Virus record (IMG/VR): IMGVR_UViG_2698536505_000015
DNA from: a virus
Lineage: Duplodnaviria; Heunggongvirae; Uroviricota; Caudoviricetes
Direction: 5' to 3' (one strand)
DNA: 8,994 bases
The translations under genes and the position numbers were made by a program. Numbering within the stretch: the first letter of the stretch is position 1; every line of letters begins with the position of its first letter. This document shows, in pieces, positions 1 to 6,838 of this stretch. The notes under the pieces were generated by a model. It worked only from the letters and a program-made list of their open reading frames with translations, ran no database searches and was not told where the DNA came from.

Positions 1-50
1 GGCGAATGCTGTTTACGGGGTTTTTTACTGGTTGATACTGTTTTTGTCAT
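1..50 (-). CDS. Partial CDS, N-terminus only (MTKTVSTSKKPRKQHS...), continues beyond the window start; function unknown
   Basis: ATG at 50..48 preceded by GAGGTGA Shine-Dalgarno 5 nt upstream; frame open to the window edge; starts 46 nt downstream of the stop of the 275-aa gene on the same strand. Confidence 0.4.
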   Translation of the reverse strand, partial: MTKTVSTSKKPRKQHS

Positions 51-96
51 GTGAGTCACCTCTGACTGAGAGTTTACTCACTTAGCCGCGTGTCCA

Positions 97-924
97 CTAT
101 TGCTGGGTAAGATCAACCTGATGGTGAATGCGTTTATGGCTGGCACCCATCAGTGAGATTTTTACGCACGACGGCGCATACATGACGGAGTAAAAACTTT
201 TAACGTAGGTTCCGGAATCCAGATACAGCTCGGTCATTCCGCCGCTGTTTTTCTGCGTCTGTTTCTGCCCTAACTGGACAGCACCGATCGTCATAAACAA
301 TTCACCACAGCGACCGAGATTCGTGTACGTATTCACATCCTCGTTAATGCGCCCCATGAATGAGAACGGTCGATCAACCGAACAGATAAAGCTGTTCATT
401 GCCTTGCGTTTCACCCACGAAGCATGGCCGCCATTGTCACCAAGAAAATCCCCGCCCTGCGACATAGCGATGGAAAGAGCAGGTATTGATTCGTAGTACG
501 CCAGCATTTCAGAAAGGATCGCATCCAGTTTCCTTATCGGAAAATAGGCCTGGTCATAGTTGCGATCCACCCGAAACTGGAACTCGTGATAATCATCATC
601 GAGCTGAATGAAGTATTTACACCCGACCAGTTTTGCCAGGTCGAAACAGGCATTACGGGCGTAAAAAATTGAGCGGCGGTCACAGAAATTATCGGCTTCG
701 TCAAAACGACTGGCGATATCGGCTTTGGAAAACACCAGCACCTGTTCACCAAATTCAGCCATGTACTGATTTCGTGTCTTATCTTCATCATCAACAACGA
801 TAAAAATTTTCCCGGTATAGCCAGCACGACGCAACGTCCGGTAAGTCAGAACTTTGTCCGGTCGCCCGTGAGTCAGAATAAAGGCGCAAAAATCATCACG
901 CATATTCCTCCTCCTCACCACCAT
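97..924 (-). CDS. Hypothetical phage protein (Rac ydaY-position); weak GT-A-like pattern (N-terminal beta-strand, IVVDDED and LDDD acidic motifs); function unknown
   Basis: 275-codon ORF; alternative start at 903 (Met8) has a GGAGG-type SD formed by the GAG GAG GAG codons at the 3' end of the upstream gene; overlaps the upstream ParB-like gene by 8-29 nt, suggesting translational coupling. Motifs read directly from the translation; fold assignment is inference. Confidence 0.6.
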   Translation of the reverse strand: MVVRRRNMRDDFCAFILTHGRPDKVLTYRTLRRAGYTGKIFIVVDDEDKTRNQYMAEFGEQVLVFSKADIASRFDEADNFCDRRSIFYARNACFDLAKLVGCKYFIQLDDDYHEFQFRVDRNYDQAYFPIRKLDAILSEMLAYYESIPALSIAMSQGGDFLGDNGGHASWVKRKAMNSFICSVDRPFSFMGRINEDVNTYTNLGRCGELFMTIGAVQLGQKQTQKNSGGMTELYLDSGTYVKSFYSVMYAPSCVKISLMGASHKRIHHQVDLTQQ

Positions 925-1687
925 GCATGATCTCCACCATGCGCTGCGTCATCCGGACAAATCCATTTTCAATAGCCTGCTGATAATCAATGATCACCAG
1001 CGCCGACTCCTCGAAAAAACACTGAATTTCAGAGGGGGCGTGAGCGTAATAGTCCGCAATTCTGCTGAAATTAAACACCGTGTGACGTTCTGCCGCACAC
1101 AGGAGGAATTTCTCAATATCAGGCTCAAGGGACGCCGAACGTATCCGGCTGATCAGCTCCTGAGTTTTCGTATCGTCGTACAGTTCACTGATATCCGGTT
1201 TACCGCCCGACGGCTCATAAACAGGCGTATCAATTTTCGTCGTATACGGCTCCTCCTCATTTCCTGTACCGGGCAAAACATCCGTCAACAGTTCATCAAT
1301 TTCTGTCGGGATGAAGCCTGTCAGGGAGACATCAAAATCAGCATTGATTAGGTCCGACAGCTCCATCCGCAACAGATCTTCATCCCAGCCAGCATTCATC
1401 GGCAGGCGATTATCTGCCAGGCGGTACGCCTTTTTCTGCTCATCCGTCAGGCCAGACAGAACAATGACCGGAACAGAATCCATTTTGAGCATTTCAGCCG
1501 CCATAACACGACCGTGACCCGCAATAATTTCGCCCTTTTCGTCAATCAGCACCGGATTAGTCCAGCCGAATTGCTTAATACTTTCTACCAGTTGTGCCAC
1601 CTGCTCAGGGCTGTGCGTCCTGGCGTTGTGCGCATACGGTGACAATTCTTGTAATGGGCGATAGACTATCTTTAATTTCTCGCTCAT
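896..1687 (-). CDS. ynaK: ParB-like nuclease-domain (ParB N-terminal domain) protein with uncharacterized C-terminal half and acidic tail; full-length counterpart of Rac YnaK
   Basis: 263-aa ORF; N-terminal ~100 aa (..PLQELSPYAHNARTHSPEQVAQLVESIKQFGWTNPVLIDEKGEIIAGHGRVMAA..) matches the ParB/Srx-fold pattern and, from memory, the N-terminus of E. coli K-12 YnaK; lies next to trkG as in Rac. Confidence 0.75.
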   Translation of the reverse strand: MSEKLKIVYRPLQELSPYAHNARTHSPEQVAQLVESIKQFGWTNPVLIDEKGEIIAGHGRVMAAEMLKMDSVPVIVLSGLTDEQKKAYRLADNRLPMNAGWDEDLLRMELSDLINADFDVSLTGFIPTEIDELLTDVLPGTGNEEEPYTTKIDTPVYEPSGGKPDISELYDDTKTQELISRIRSASLEPDIEKFLLCAAERHTVFNFSRIADYYAHAPSEIQCFFEESALVIIDYQQAIENGFVRMTQRMVEIMHGGEEEEYA

Positions 1688-1700
1688 ACAGCCTTGCTTT

Positions 1701-1738
1701 ATGAATAAAACGCACCCCAGCAGCCAGTGCTACTGGGG
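1701..1738 (-). terminator. Rho-independent terminator downstream of trkG (minus-strand sense)
   Basis: Inverted repeat ccccagcagc (1715-1724) / gctactgggg (1729-1738) with 4-nt loop, one G-U wobble; followed on the minus strand by UGCGUUUUAUUCAU (complement of 1701-1714). Ends 13 nt before the ynaK-like start codon. Confidence 0.5.
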
Positions 1739-1824
1739 ACGGAGGGGTTGCTGGTAAAGTTAGGTATTGGATCAATGAGTGAGTCAACATAATATTAAAC
1801 TCACAATTATAAATCAGCCATATA

Positions 1825-3282
1825 TTAGGAGCGCCAAAAAAAACCTGAAAACAATATAATAACAGGATAAATTTCAAGGCGACCAAGAATCATAGCTATG
1901 CACATTAAACATTTTGCAATGTCATTAAGCACTCCGAATGACGATGCAGTAGCCCCAAAACCTAATCCCATATTATTAATACATGCAGCCACTGTTGCAA
2001 ATGATGTAAGAAAATCATATCCCATACCATTTAACACCAGTATAAAAAACACCGTGAAGAGAGTATAAAGAAAAAAGAAACTCCATACAGACCTCATTAC
2101 ACGATCTGTAACTATCTTCCCTCCTACATTTACACTCAACAACGCTCTGGGATGAGAAAGCTGATTTATCTCGTGTTTGCTTTGTTTGAAAAGTATAAGA
2201 AATCGAAGTGACTTAATTCCACCACAAGTTGAACCTATACATCCCCCAAAGAAACTTGACAACAGCAAAAACACTATCGTGTGCGTGGGCCAACTTGCAT
2301 AATCCTGCGTAGCTAAACCATTATCAGTGAGCATGGAGCTGGCAAGAAAAAACGAATGAATAAAACTTCCATGCAAGTCATACATACCTATATGCCAGAC
2401 CTGGAAAGAGGTAACAATGATCACCCCTAAGGCTATTAACAGAAAGAAACGAAGTTCAATATCTCTGATTAAAGGTTTTATCGTTTTCCTGCTAATAACA
2501 ATATACCAAAGAGTGAAGTTGAAAGCCGATAGCAGGGAAAAAGAACCAGCCACCAGCTCAACCAAATAGTTATTAAAATATCCGATACTCTCGCTATGAG
2601 TTGAGAAACCACCAAGCGAAACTGTGGAAATCCCGTGACAAATAGCATCAAACAAAGGCATTCCTGCAAGTCTATAACAGACAATACAAGCAATACCTAA
2701 TAAAGAATAAGTTATCCACAGTGTCCGTGACGTATCGGCCAGGCGGGGAGTGAGTTTGTCATCCTTAAATGGCCCCGGCATTTCTGACTGATAAAGCTTT
2801 GCACCACCAATACCCAATAATGGCAATACAGCAACCGCCAGAACAATAACTCCTAAACCACCTATAAAATTTAACTGTGACCGATAGTACAAATATGCCC
2901 GAGGTAATGAACTAACATCATCAATTACAGTTGCTCCTGTTGTTGTTATTCCAGAAACCCCTTCAAACAGAGCATCAATGAACGTTAAATTAAGTTCTGA
3001 GTCAATCCATAAAGGGAATGCACTAATAACAGAAAACAAAATCCAAAACATTACAATTATAATAAACCCATCACGGGTACGTAATTGAATGCCAGATTTC
3101 TTAGTTGTATACCACGCTCCGCCACCAATGCAAAAAAATATAACGAAAGTTATAAAGAAAACGAACAGGATTTTTTCTTTATAAAACAATGCTACAACCA
3201 TTGGTGGCAACATTGAAAGACTATAGAGCCAAACCAGGAACCCACACATATGAGTAACAACTCTTACATGAGATGTATTCAT
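1825..3282 (-). CDS. trkG: TrkH/TrkG-family potassium uptake membrane protein (Rac-type trkG moron)
   Basis: Polytopic membrane protein, 485 aa from the ATG at 3282 (the ORF-track start at 3300 is a TTG extension); repeated pore-loop-like glycine motifs (SGITTTGATV, GGFSTHSESIGY, GGCIGSTCGGIK); strong resemblance to E. coli TrkG/TrkH from memory; gene and upstream region visibly more AT-rich than flanking phage genes. Confidence 0.9.
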   Translation of the reverse strand: MNTSHVRVVTHMCGFLVWLYSLSMLPPMVVALFYKEKILFVFFITFVIFFCIGGGAWYTTKKSGIQLRTRDGFIIIVMFWILFSVISAFPLWIDSELNLTFIDALFEGVSGITTTGATVIDDVSSLPRAYLYYRSQLNFIGGLGVIVLAVAVLPLLGIGGAKLYQSEMPGPFKDDKLTPRLADTSRTLWITYSLLGIACIVCYRLAGMPLFDAICHGISTVSLGGFSTHSESIGYFNNYLVELVAGSFSLLSAFNFTLWYIVISRKTIKPLIRDIELRFFLLIALGVIIVTSFQVWHIGMYDLHGSFIHSFFLASSMLTDNGLATQDYASWPTHTIVFLLLSSFFGGCIGSTCGGIKSLRFLILFKQSKHEINQLSHPRALLSVNVGGKIVTDRVMRSVWSFFFLYTLFTVFFILVLNGMGYDFLTSFATVAACINNMGLGFGATASSFGVLNDIAKCLMCIAMILGRLEIYPVIILFSGFFWRS

Positions 3283-3419
3283 ATCTAAATATTCTTTCAA
3301 TTATAACCACCTTGCTGCAATATTATGATTATACTGTATAAAATTTAACTCCTCTTAGATCTTACTTCACTGTTCCTTATGAAACAATCATCAAAATGAA
3401 TCATATTGTAGTTAAGATT

Positions 3420-3884
3420 TTACTTTAAACACTGCTCGGTTATGTATTGCTGAGCACCTTCAAGTTGGGCCTGCATCATTACCAGTCGTTCCCGGAGGGT
3501 GAAATAATCCCGTTCAGCGGTGTCTGCCAGTCGGGGGGAGGCTGCATTATCCACGCCGGAGGCGGTGGTGGCTTCACGCACTGACTGACAGACTGCTTTG
3601 ATGTGCAACCGACGACGACCAGCGGCAACATCATCACGCAGAACATCATTTTCAGCTTTCGCATCAGCTAACTCCTTCGTGTATTTTGCATCGAGCGCAG
3701 CAACATCACGCTGACGCATCTGCATGTCAGTAATTGCCGCGTTCGCCAGCTTCAGTTCTCTGGCATTTTTGTCGCGCTGTTCTTTGTAGGCGATGGCGTT
3801 ATCACGGTAATGATTAACACCCCATGACAGGCAGACGACGATGCAGATAACCAGAGCGGAGATAATCGCGGTTACTCTGTTCAT
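3420..3884 (-). CDS. Rz: Rz i-spanin (inner-membrane spanin)
   Basis: N-terminal TM segment ([18 protein letters not shown]) plus coiled-coil-rich periplasmic domain; near-identical to lambda Rz from memory. Start taken as the ATG at 3884, which overlaps the R stop (ATGA); the ORF-track GTG at 3896 is a probable extension. Confidence 0.85.
   Translation of the reverse strand: MNRVTAIISALVICIVVCLSWGVNHYRDNAIAYKEQRDKNARELKLANAAITDMQMRQRDVAALDAKYTKELADAKAENDVLRDDVAAGRRRLHIKAVCQSVREATTASGVDNAASPRLADTAERDYFTLRERLVMMQAQLEGAQQYITEQCLK
3479..3664 (-). CDS. Rz1: Rz1 o-spanin (outer-membrane lipoprotein), embedded in the +1 frame of Rz
   Basis: 61-aa ORF wholly inside Rz; lipobox LVVVGC; proline-rich mature part ([15 protein letters not shown]); matches lambda Rz1 from memory. 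Confidence 0.85.
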   Translation of the reverse strand: MRKLKMMFCVMMLPLVVVGCTSKQSVSQCVKPPPPPAWIMQPPPDWQTPLNGIISPSGNDW

Positions 3885-4378
3885 TGCTGACCCCACAAAC
3901 AGATTTCACGCTCAATCTCACGACGAGTCATGAGACCTTTCCATTGCTTACCGCCAGCATATGTCCAGCGACGTAGCTGATCACATGCGCCTTTGATATC
4001 GCCCTGGTTTATTTTGCGAAGAAGCGTCGATGTTCTGAAATTGCCAGCACCCACGTTGTAAACGAATGAGTAAAGAGCGCCGCGCGTTGTTTCCGGTATA
4101 TCGACTTTGATGTACGGGTTAATTTGTCTGGCGACCGTGGCAAGGTCTTTATTCAGGAGGGCTTTGCATTCTGCTTTGGTATACGTTTTACCGAGCATGA
4201 TGTCTTTTCCTGTATGCCCGTGACATACAGTCCATACACCAACAATATCTTTGTATGGTATGTAGCTGACACCTTCCAGACCATCGTTACCACTTGGGCC
4301 AGTGATTAACACTGATGCTATAGCAATTGCTCCGCCACCAATAGCAGCAGCAACGACTTTTCGTAATGATGGAGGCAT
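3881..4378 (-). CDS. R: SAR endolysin (phage-21 R-type lysozyme with N-terminal signal-anchor-release domain)
   Basis: N-terminal Gly/Ala-rich weakly hydrophobic segment ([20 protein letters not shown]) followed by a T4-lysozyme-like Glu...Asp...Thr region ([16 protein letters not shown]); start overlaps the holin stop (TAATG). Confidence 0.9.
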   Translation of the reverse strand: MPPSLRKVVAAAIGGGAIAIASVLITGPSGNDGLEGVSYIPYKDIVGVWTVCHGHTGKDIMLGKTYTKAECKALLNKDLATVARQINPYIKVDIPETTRGALYSFVYNVGAGNFRTSTLLRKINQGDIKGACDQLRRWTYAGGKQWKGLMTRREIEREICLWGQQ

Positions 4379-4593
4379 TATTCACCTCTCGCAGCCTTGC
4401 GCTTATCTTCTTTAATCTTGAAATAAAGGTTTGTCAGGTACGTCAGCAGGCCAAATACCAGACTACCCAGCACACCGATTGCAGCCCACTGTGACGGAGT
4501 TACTCTATCGAGCAACTGTAAAAACCAGTAGCCAGCACTGCCTGCGGAGGTGCCGTAGGCAATGCCTGTTGAAATTTTGTCCATGGATTTCAT
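4378..4593 (-). CDS. S: Class II holin / pinholin (phage-21 S-type) with dual-start motif
   Basis: Two TM segments; begins MKSMDK (Met1 and Met4 dual start, antiholin/holin); strong SD GGAGGTGA upstream of the ATG at 4593; matches S21/EssD from memory. The ORF-track extension to 4650 lacks an RBS and is not supported. Confidence 0.85.
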   Translation of the reverse strand: MKSMDKISTGIAYGTSAGSAGYWFLQLLDRVTPSQWAAIGVLGSLVFGLLTYLTNLYFKIKEDKRKAARGE

Positions 4594-4691
4594 AGCCTCA
4601 CCTCCGCACGGAACGGATGGCATAGTTATTATGTGTAGGCTTTCAGACACATCAATCAGAGCCTTAATTGATATATATGCTGGAGACGATG

Positions 4692-4719
4692 CAATATAAA
4701 AAGCTCGCCGTAGCGAGCT
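4692..4719 (-). terminator. Rho-independent terminator ending the lipoprotein moron (minus-strand sense)
   Basis: Perfect 7-bp inverted repeat agctcgc (4702-4708) / gcgagct (4713-4719), 4-nt loop, followed on the minus strand by UUUUAUAUU (complement of 4692-4701). Confidence 0.5.
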
Positions 4720-4844
4720 AATAAAATGTATTTCTCTGATATTATGTTTATTTGTATTAGCTCAGACTTGACATCACAGGTTTCGTATATAGAACATCAT
4801 CAAATCTGTCAGTTTGCTATGAATGAGATATAGTAATTGAAGAG

Positions 4845-5240
4845 CTAACCTCGCATGTCAAAGCCAGATTTCTGAAAATCTCTGTAGACTTCCGGATTGT
4901 TGAAGGCCGGAAATTTGGCTTTATGAGCTGCGGACTTTATCGCTTCGCAATAGGCTTTATCACCGTTACTGGTAGATATTTTTAACGCCGTGCCATCCTG
5001 AGAGAATTCCATATGCAACCTGCATTTTTTCCCTTTCCAGTTATGCGGCTCATCAAGTTTGGCATTAATTGCAGCTCTGATTCCCCGCGCTTGCGCCCCC
5101 CATTCATCCTGATCATCCCAGCGTCCTGAACTGCAACTACCTGTAGCAGTAGTTTTGTGGCAATCTGAAGGGTGTAAAGGTGTGCATCCCGCAACAAAAC
5201 CGACCCAAAAAGTCAACATAACGATTTTCTTTAATCCCAC
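4845..5240 (-). CDS. Lipoprotein with TolA C-terminal domain (domain III)-like mature region, paralog 2
   Basis: GTG start with GAGGAG SD 7 nt upstream; signal peptide with lipobox FVAGC; mature part shares GK.C.L...DG.L.I...GD..C.A...AA..AK.P....VY..F pattern, including a Cys pair, with paralog 1 and with E. coli TolA domain III as recalled. Confidence 0.7.
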   Translation of the reverse strand: MGLKKIVMLTFWVGFVAGCTPLHPSDCHKTTATGSCSSGRWDDQDEWGAQARGIRAAINAKLDEPHNWKGKKCRLHMEFSQDGTALKISTSNGDKAYCEAIKSAAHKAKFPAFNNPEVYRDFQKSGFDMRG

Positions 5241-5390
5241 TTCTTGCTCCTCAATCCATTAAAATCTCAGCAATAGTAGTTGTTACGTCCGCCACTGGCT
5301 CAGAGCTGACTATCCGCTAAATTTAGCTCAGTGCCGTAGCTGTGTCAGAACAAACCTAAGCCGAAACCGTTTATTACAAAACAATAAATA

Positions 5391-5819
5391 TCAGGGTTTA
5401 AAATCCAGCACCCCATTTTGAAATACTTTATATACTTCCGGCGAAGGGGGGGCAGGTATATCAGCATTCTTTATCGCATTCATCGCTTCACGACATAAAT
5501 CGAGGTCTCCACTTTCTCTTTTAACCTCCAGTAGAAGGCCATTCGGGGCCATATGCATTCTCAGTGTACACTCTTTTCCTGAATACTTACTCGCATCCCC
5601 GAACTGTTTTTCGATGGCGCTCTTGATTTGATGGGCATACAGACGGATATCCTCACTAACATCAGAAGTACGTTCAGATGAACTCACATACTGTGTCTCT
5701 ATTGCTTTATCGGAGTAATATGATGTACGGTCATGATAATTTGTCGATACAGCATCAGTGCACCCGATAATAATCCCACTAATAATCAACGTAAGAATTG
5801 ATGCGCTACGAAAACCCAT
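5391..5819 (-). CDS. Lipoprotein with TolA C-terminal domain (domain III)-like mature region, paralog 1
   Basis: ATG with GAGGA SD; signal peptide with lipobox IIGC; C-terminal 85 aa (YAHQIKSAIEKQFGDASKYSGKECTLRMHMAPNGLLLEVKRESGDLDLCREAMNAIKNADIPAPPSPEVYKVFQNGVLDFKP) aligns closely with the C-terminus of E. coli TolA as recalled. Confidence 0.8.
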   Translation of the reverse strand: MGFRSASILTLIISGIIIGCTDAVSTNYHDRTSYYSDKAIETQYVSSSERTSDVSEDIRLYAHQIKSAIEKQFGDASKYSGKECTLRMHMAPNGLLLEVKRESGDLDLCREAMNAIKNADIPAPPSPEVYKVFQNGVLDFKP

Positions 5820-5848
5820 TTTTCCTCACATATGTCATATAGTAAAGG

Positions 5849-5878
5849 ATTATATATACCGTTGTTTTGGACGCTCAA
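5849..5878 (-). promoter_or_regulatory. Candidate sigma70 promoter for the lipoprotein moron
   Basis: Minus-strand -35 TTGAGC (5873-5878), 18-bp spacer, -10 TATAAT (5849-5854), about 30 nt upstream of the ATG at 5819. Consensus matching by eye only. Confidence 0.3.
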
Positions 5879-6407
5879 ACAGCGAATCAGATCAAATAAA
5901 ACGCACATTTGTTAACATTTACACAAAGTCTGCGTGGGATATTCTGAAAGAATATCCATAATGTGGAGAGAATCTATTGAAGTGCATGGTGCCGGGTGCC
6001 TCCCGGTGAACAAAATGTTCGTGATACCTGTCGGCGACAGAAAAGGTTAATGGTATCACCCCACCGCACAGGGGGATTCACCATGCAGGAGTTTTCTTAG
6101 CAAACTCACTGCGCGCCCGGCAACTCCCAACCACATAAAATGCGGAGTTTGTGGTATTTATGCATATAACTCGCAGGAATTATCTTAAAAAACTGATGTC
6201 GATCCGGATTAAAAAGAAGCAGGTCATCATCAGATGACTGGAAAAAAGGAAAACAAAAAATACTCATCATACAGTTTTGATTGCAGGGATGAGCCTGCTA
6301 TGCACAATATGCAGAATATAAGCAAGATAAAAATATGCAGGCATATTATTTCGGATTTTGTTATTAACACAACCTTTTTAATAATCATTTGGCATACAAT
6401 AAACCAG

Positions 6408-6436
6408 CCCAAAAAGAACCGCCTAAACAGGCGGTT
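6408..6436 (-). terminator. Rho-independent terminator (minus-strand sense) in the late leader region
   Basis: Inverted repeat aaccgcc (6417-6423) / ggcggtt (6430-6436) with 6-nt loop, followed on the minus strand by CUUUUU (complement of 6411-6416). Confidence 0.45.
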
Positions 6437-6680
6437 GGTCAATACAAAGGATGCTTCGTCTTTATTATAGTAATCTGAGGCGTCGGGTGTCTTGTATCAG
6501 ACAACATATTGTCCCGCTAAACAGCGAATTACAAACCACCCTGCAATGATCTCTCATCTCATTTTATATGAGTTGACGACATCAGGATAACGCATCATCA
6601 GCCCCTGCCAAGAAATATCAAAACTCCCGCCAGCAATGTGTTATCACAATATTGTAAAAAAAACACAGCACCGAAACTAT

Positions 6681-6719
6681 AACTGGTCTCTGTTATAATT
6701 TGGAGCAGAAAGACCAGTT
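6681..6719. repeat. Perfect 9-bp inverted repeat AACTGGTCT ... AGACCAGTT separated by 21 bp, bracketing an extended -10 element
   Basis: Arms at 6681-6689 and 6711-6719 read directly; the spacer contains TGTTATAAT. Confidence 0.5.
6691..6699 (+). promoter_or_regulatory. Candidate extended -10 promoter (TGnTATAAT) on the plus strand, directed toward the bidirectional terminator
   Basis: TGTTATAAT at 6691-6699; no good -35; a transcript from here would end at the terminator at 6757-6783 (about 75-85 nt). Confidence 0.3.
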
Positions 6720-6756
6720 GCCCAACTAGCAGCATTCTCCCCTGCTTTCCTGACGT

Positions 6757-6783
6757 AAAAAAACCGCATTAAGCGGTTTTTTT
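6757..6783. terminator. Bidirectional rho-independent terminator (candidate tR'-like late terminator in minus sense)
   Basis: aaaaaaaCCGCattaaGCGGttttttt: GC stem flanked by an A7 tract upstream and a T7 tract downstream, so a stem plus U-tract forms in both orientations. Confidence 0.6.
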
Positions 6784-6838
6784 ACGATGTCCATGTCTGC
6801 AATCCGCCTCGCGATACAGCTTTGCGAAGCATAGCAAA

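Noticed and set aside
534-827. 97-aa minus-strand ORF
   Set aside because: Lies in an alternative frame entirely inside the 275-aa gene on the same strand; no RBS; shadow ORF.
923-1517. Plus-strand ORFs of 142 aa and 68 aa
   Set aside because: Antisense to the well-supported ParB-like gene; no SD; Arg/Ile-rich composition typical of antisense translations.
1605-1886. 93-aa minus-strand ORF
   Set aside because: Spans the trkG 3' end, the terminator hairpin and the ynaK-like 5' end in another frame; no independent support.
2478-2693. 71-aa minus-strand ORF
   Set aside because: Alternative frame inside trkG.
3283-3300. TTG-initiated N-terminal extension of trkG (MKEYLD...)
   Set aside because: The ATG at 3282 gives a product beginning MNTSHVRVV..., matching the TrkG N-terminus and length as I recall them; the TTG extension lacks an SD.
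3885-3896. GTG-initiated extension of Rz (MGSA...)
   Set aside because: The ATG at 3884 overlaps the R stop (ATGA), and the product then starts like lambda Rz.
4124-4309. 61-aa plus-strand ORF
   Set aside because: Antisense to the endolysin gene; no RBS.
4594-4650. In-frame upstream extension of the holin ORF ([19 protein letters not shown]...)
   Set aside because: No SD before the upstream ATG, whereas GGAGGTGA precedes the MKSMDK start; S21-type holins begin at the dual-start motif.
4768-4796. Consensus TTGACA hexamer on the plus strand
   Set aside because: No acceptable -10 at 16-18 bp spacing; it would drive transcription antisense into the lipoprotein gene; likely chance match.
4982-5197. 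71-aa minus-strand ORF
   Set aside because: Alternative frame inside the TolA-like lipoprotein gene (paralog 2).
5758-5961. 67-aa plus-strand ORF
   Set aside because: Overlaps the 5' end and promoter of the lipoprotein gene on the opposite strand; no RBS.
6230-6470. Pair of mutually overlapping ORFs (70 aa minus, 78 aa plus)
   Set aside because: They occupy the same DNA on opposite strands in AT-rich sequence, lack SD sites (the minus ORF starts at TTG inside a terminator hairpin), and have low-complexity translations; most likely non-coding.
6646-6663. 10-bp palindrome ACAATATTGT followed by an A8 tract as a regulatory operator
   Set aside because: Short AT-only palindromes are expected by chance in AT-rich DNA; kept only as a note within the non-coding interval finding.
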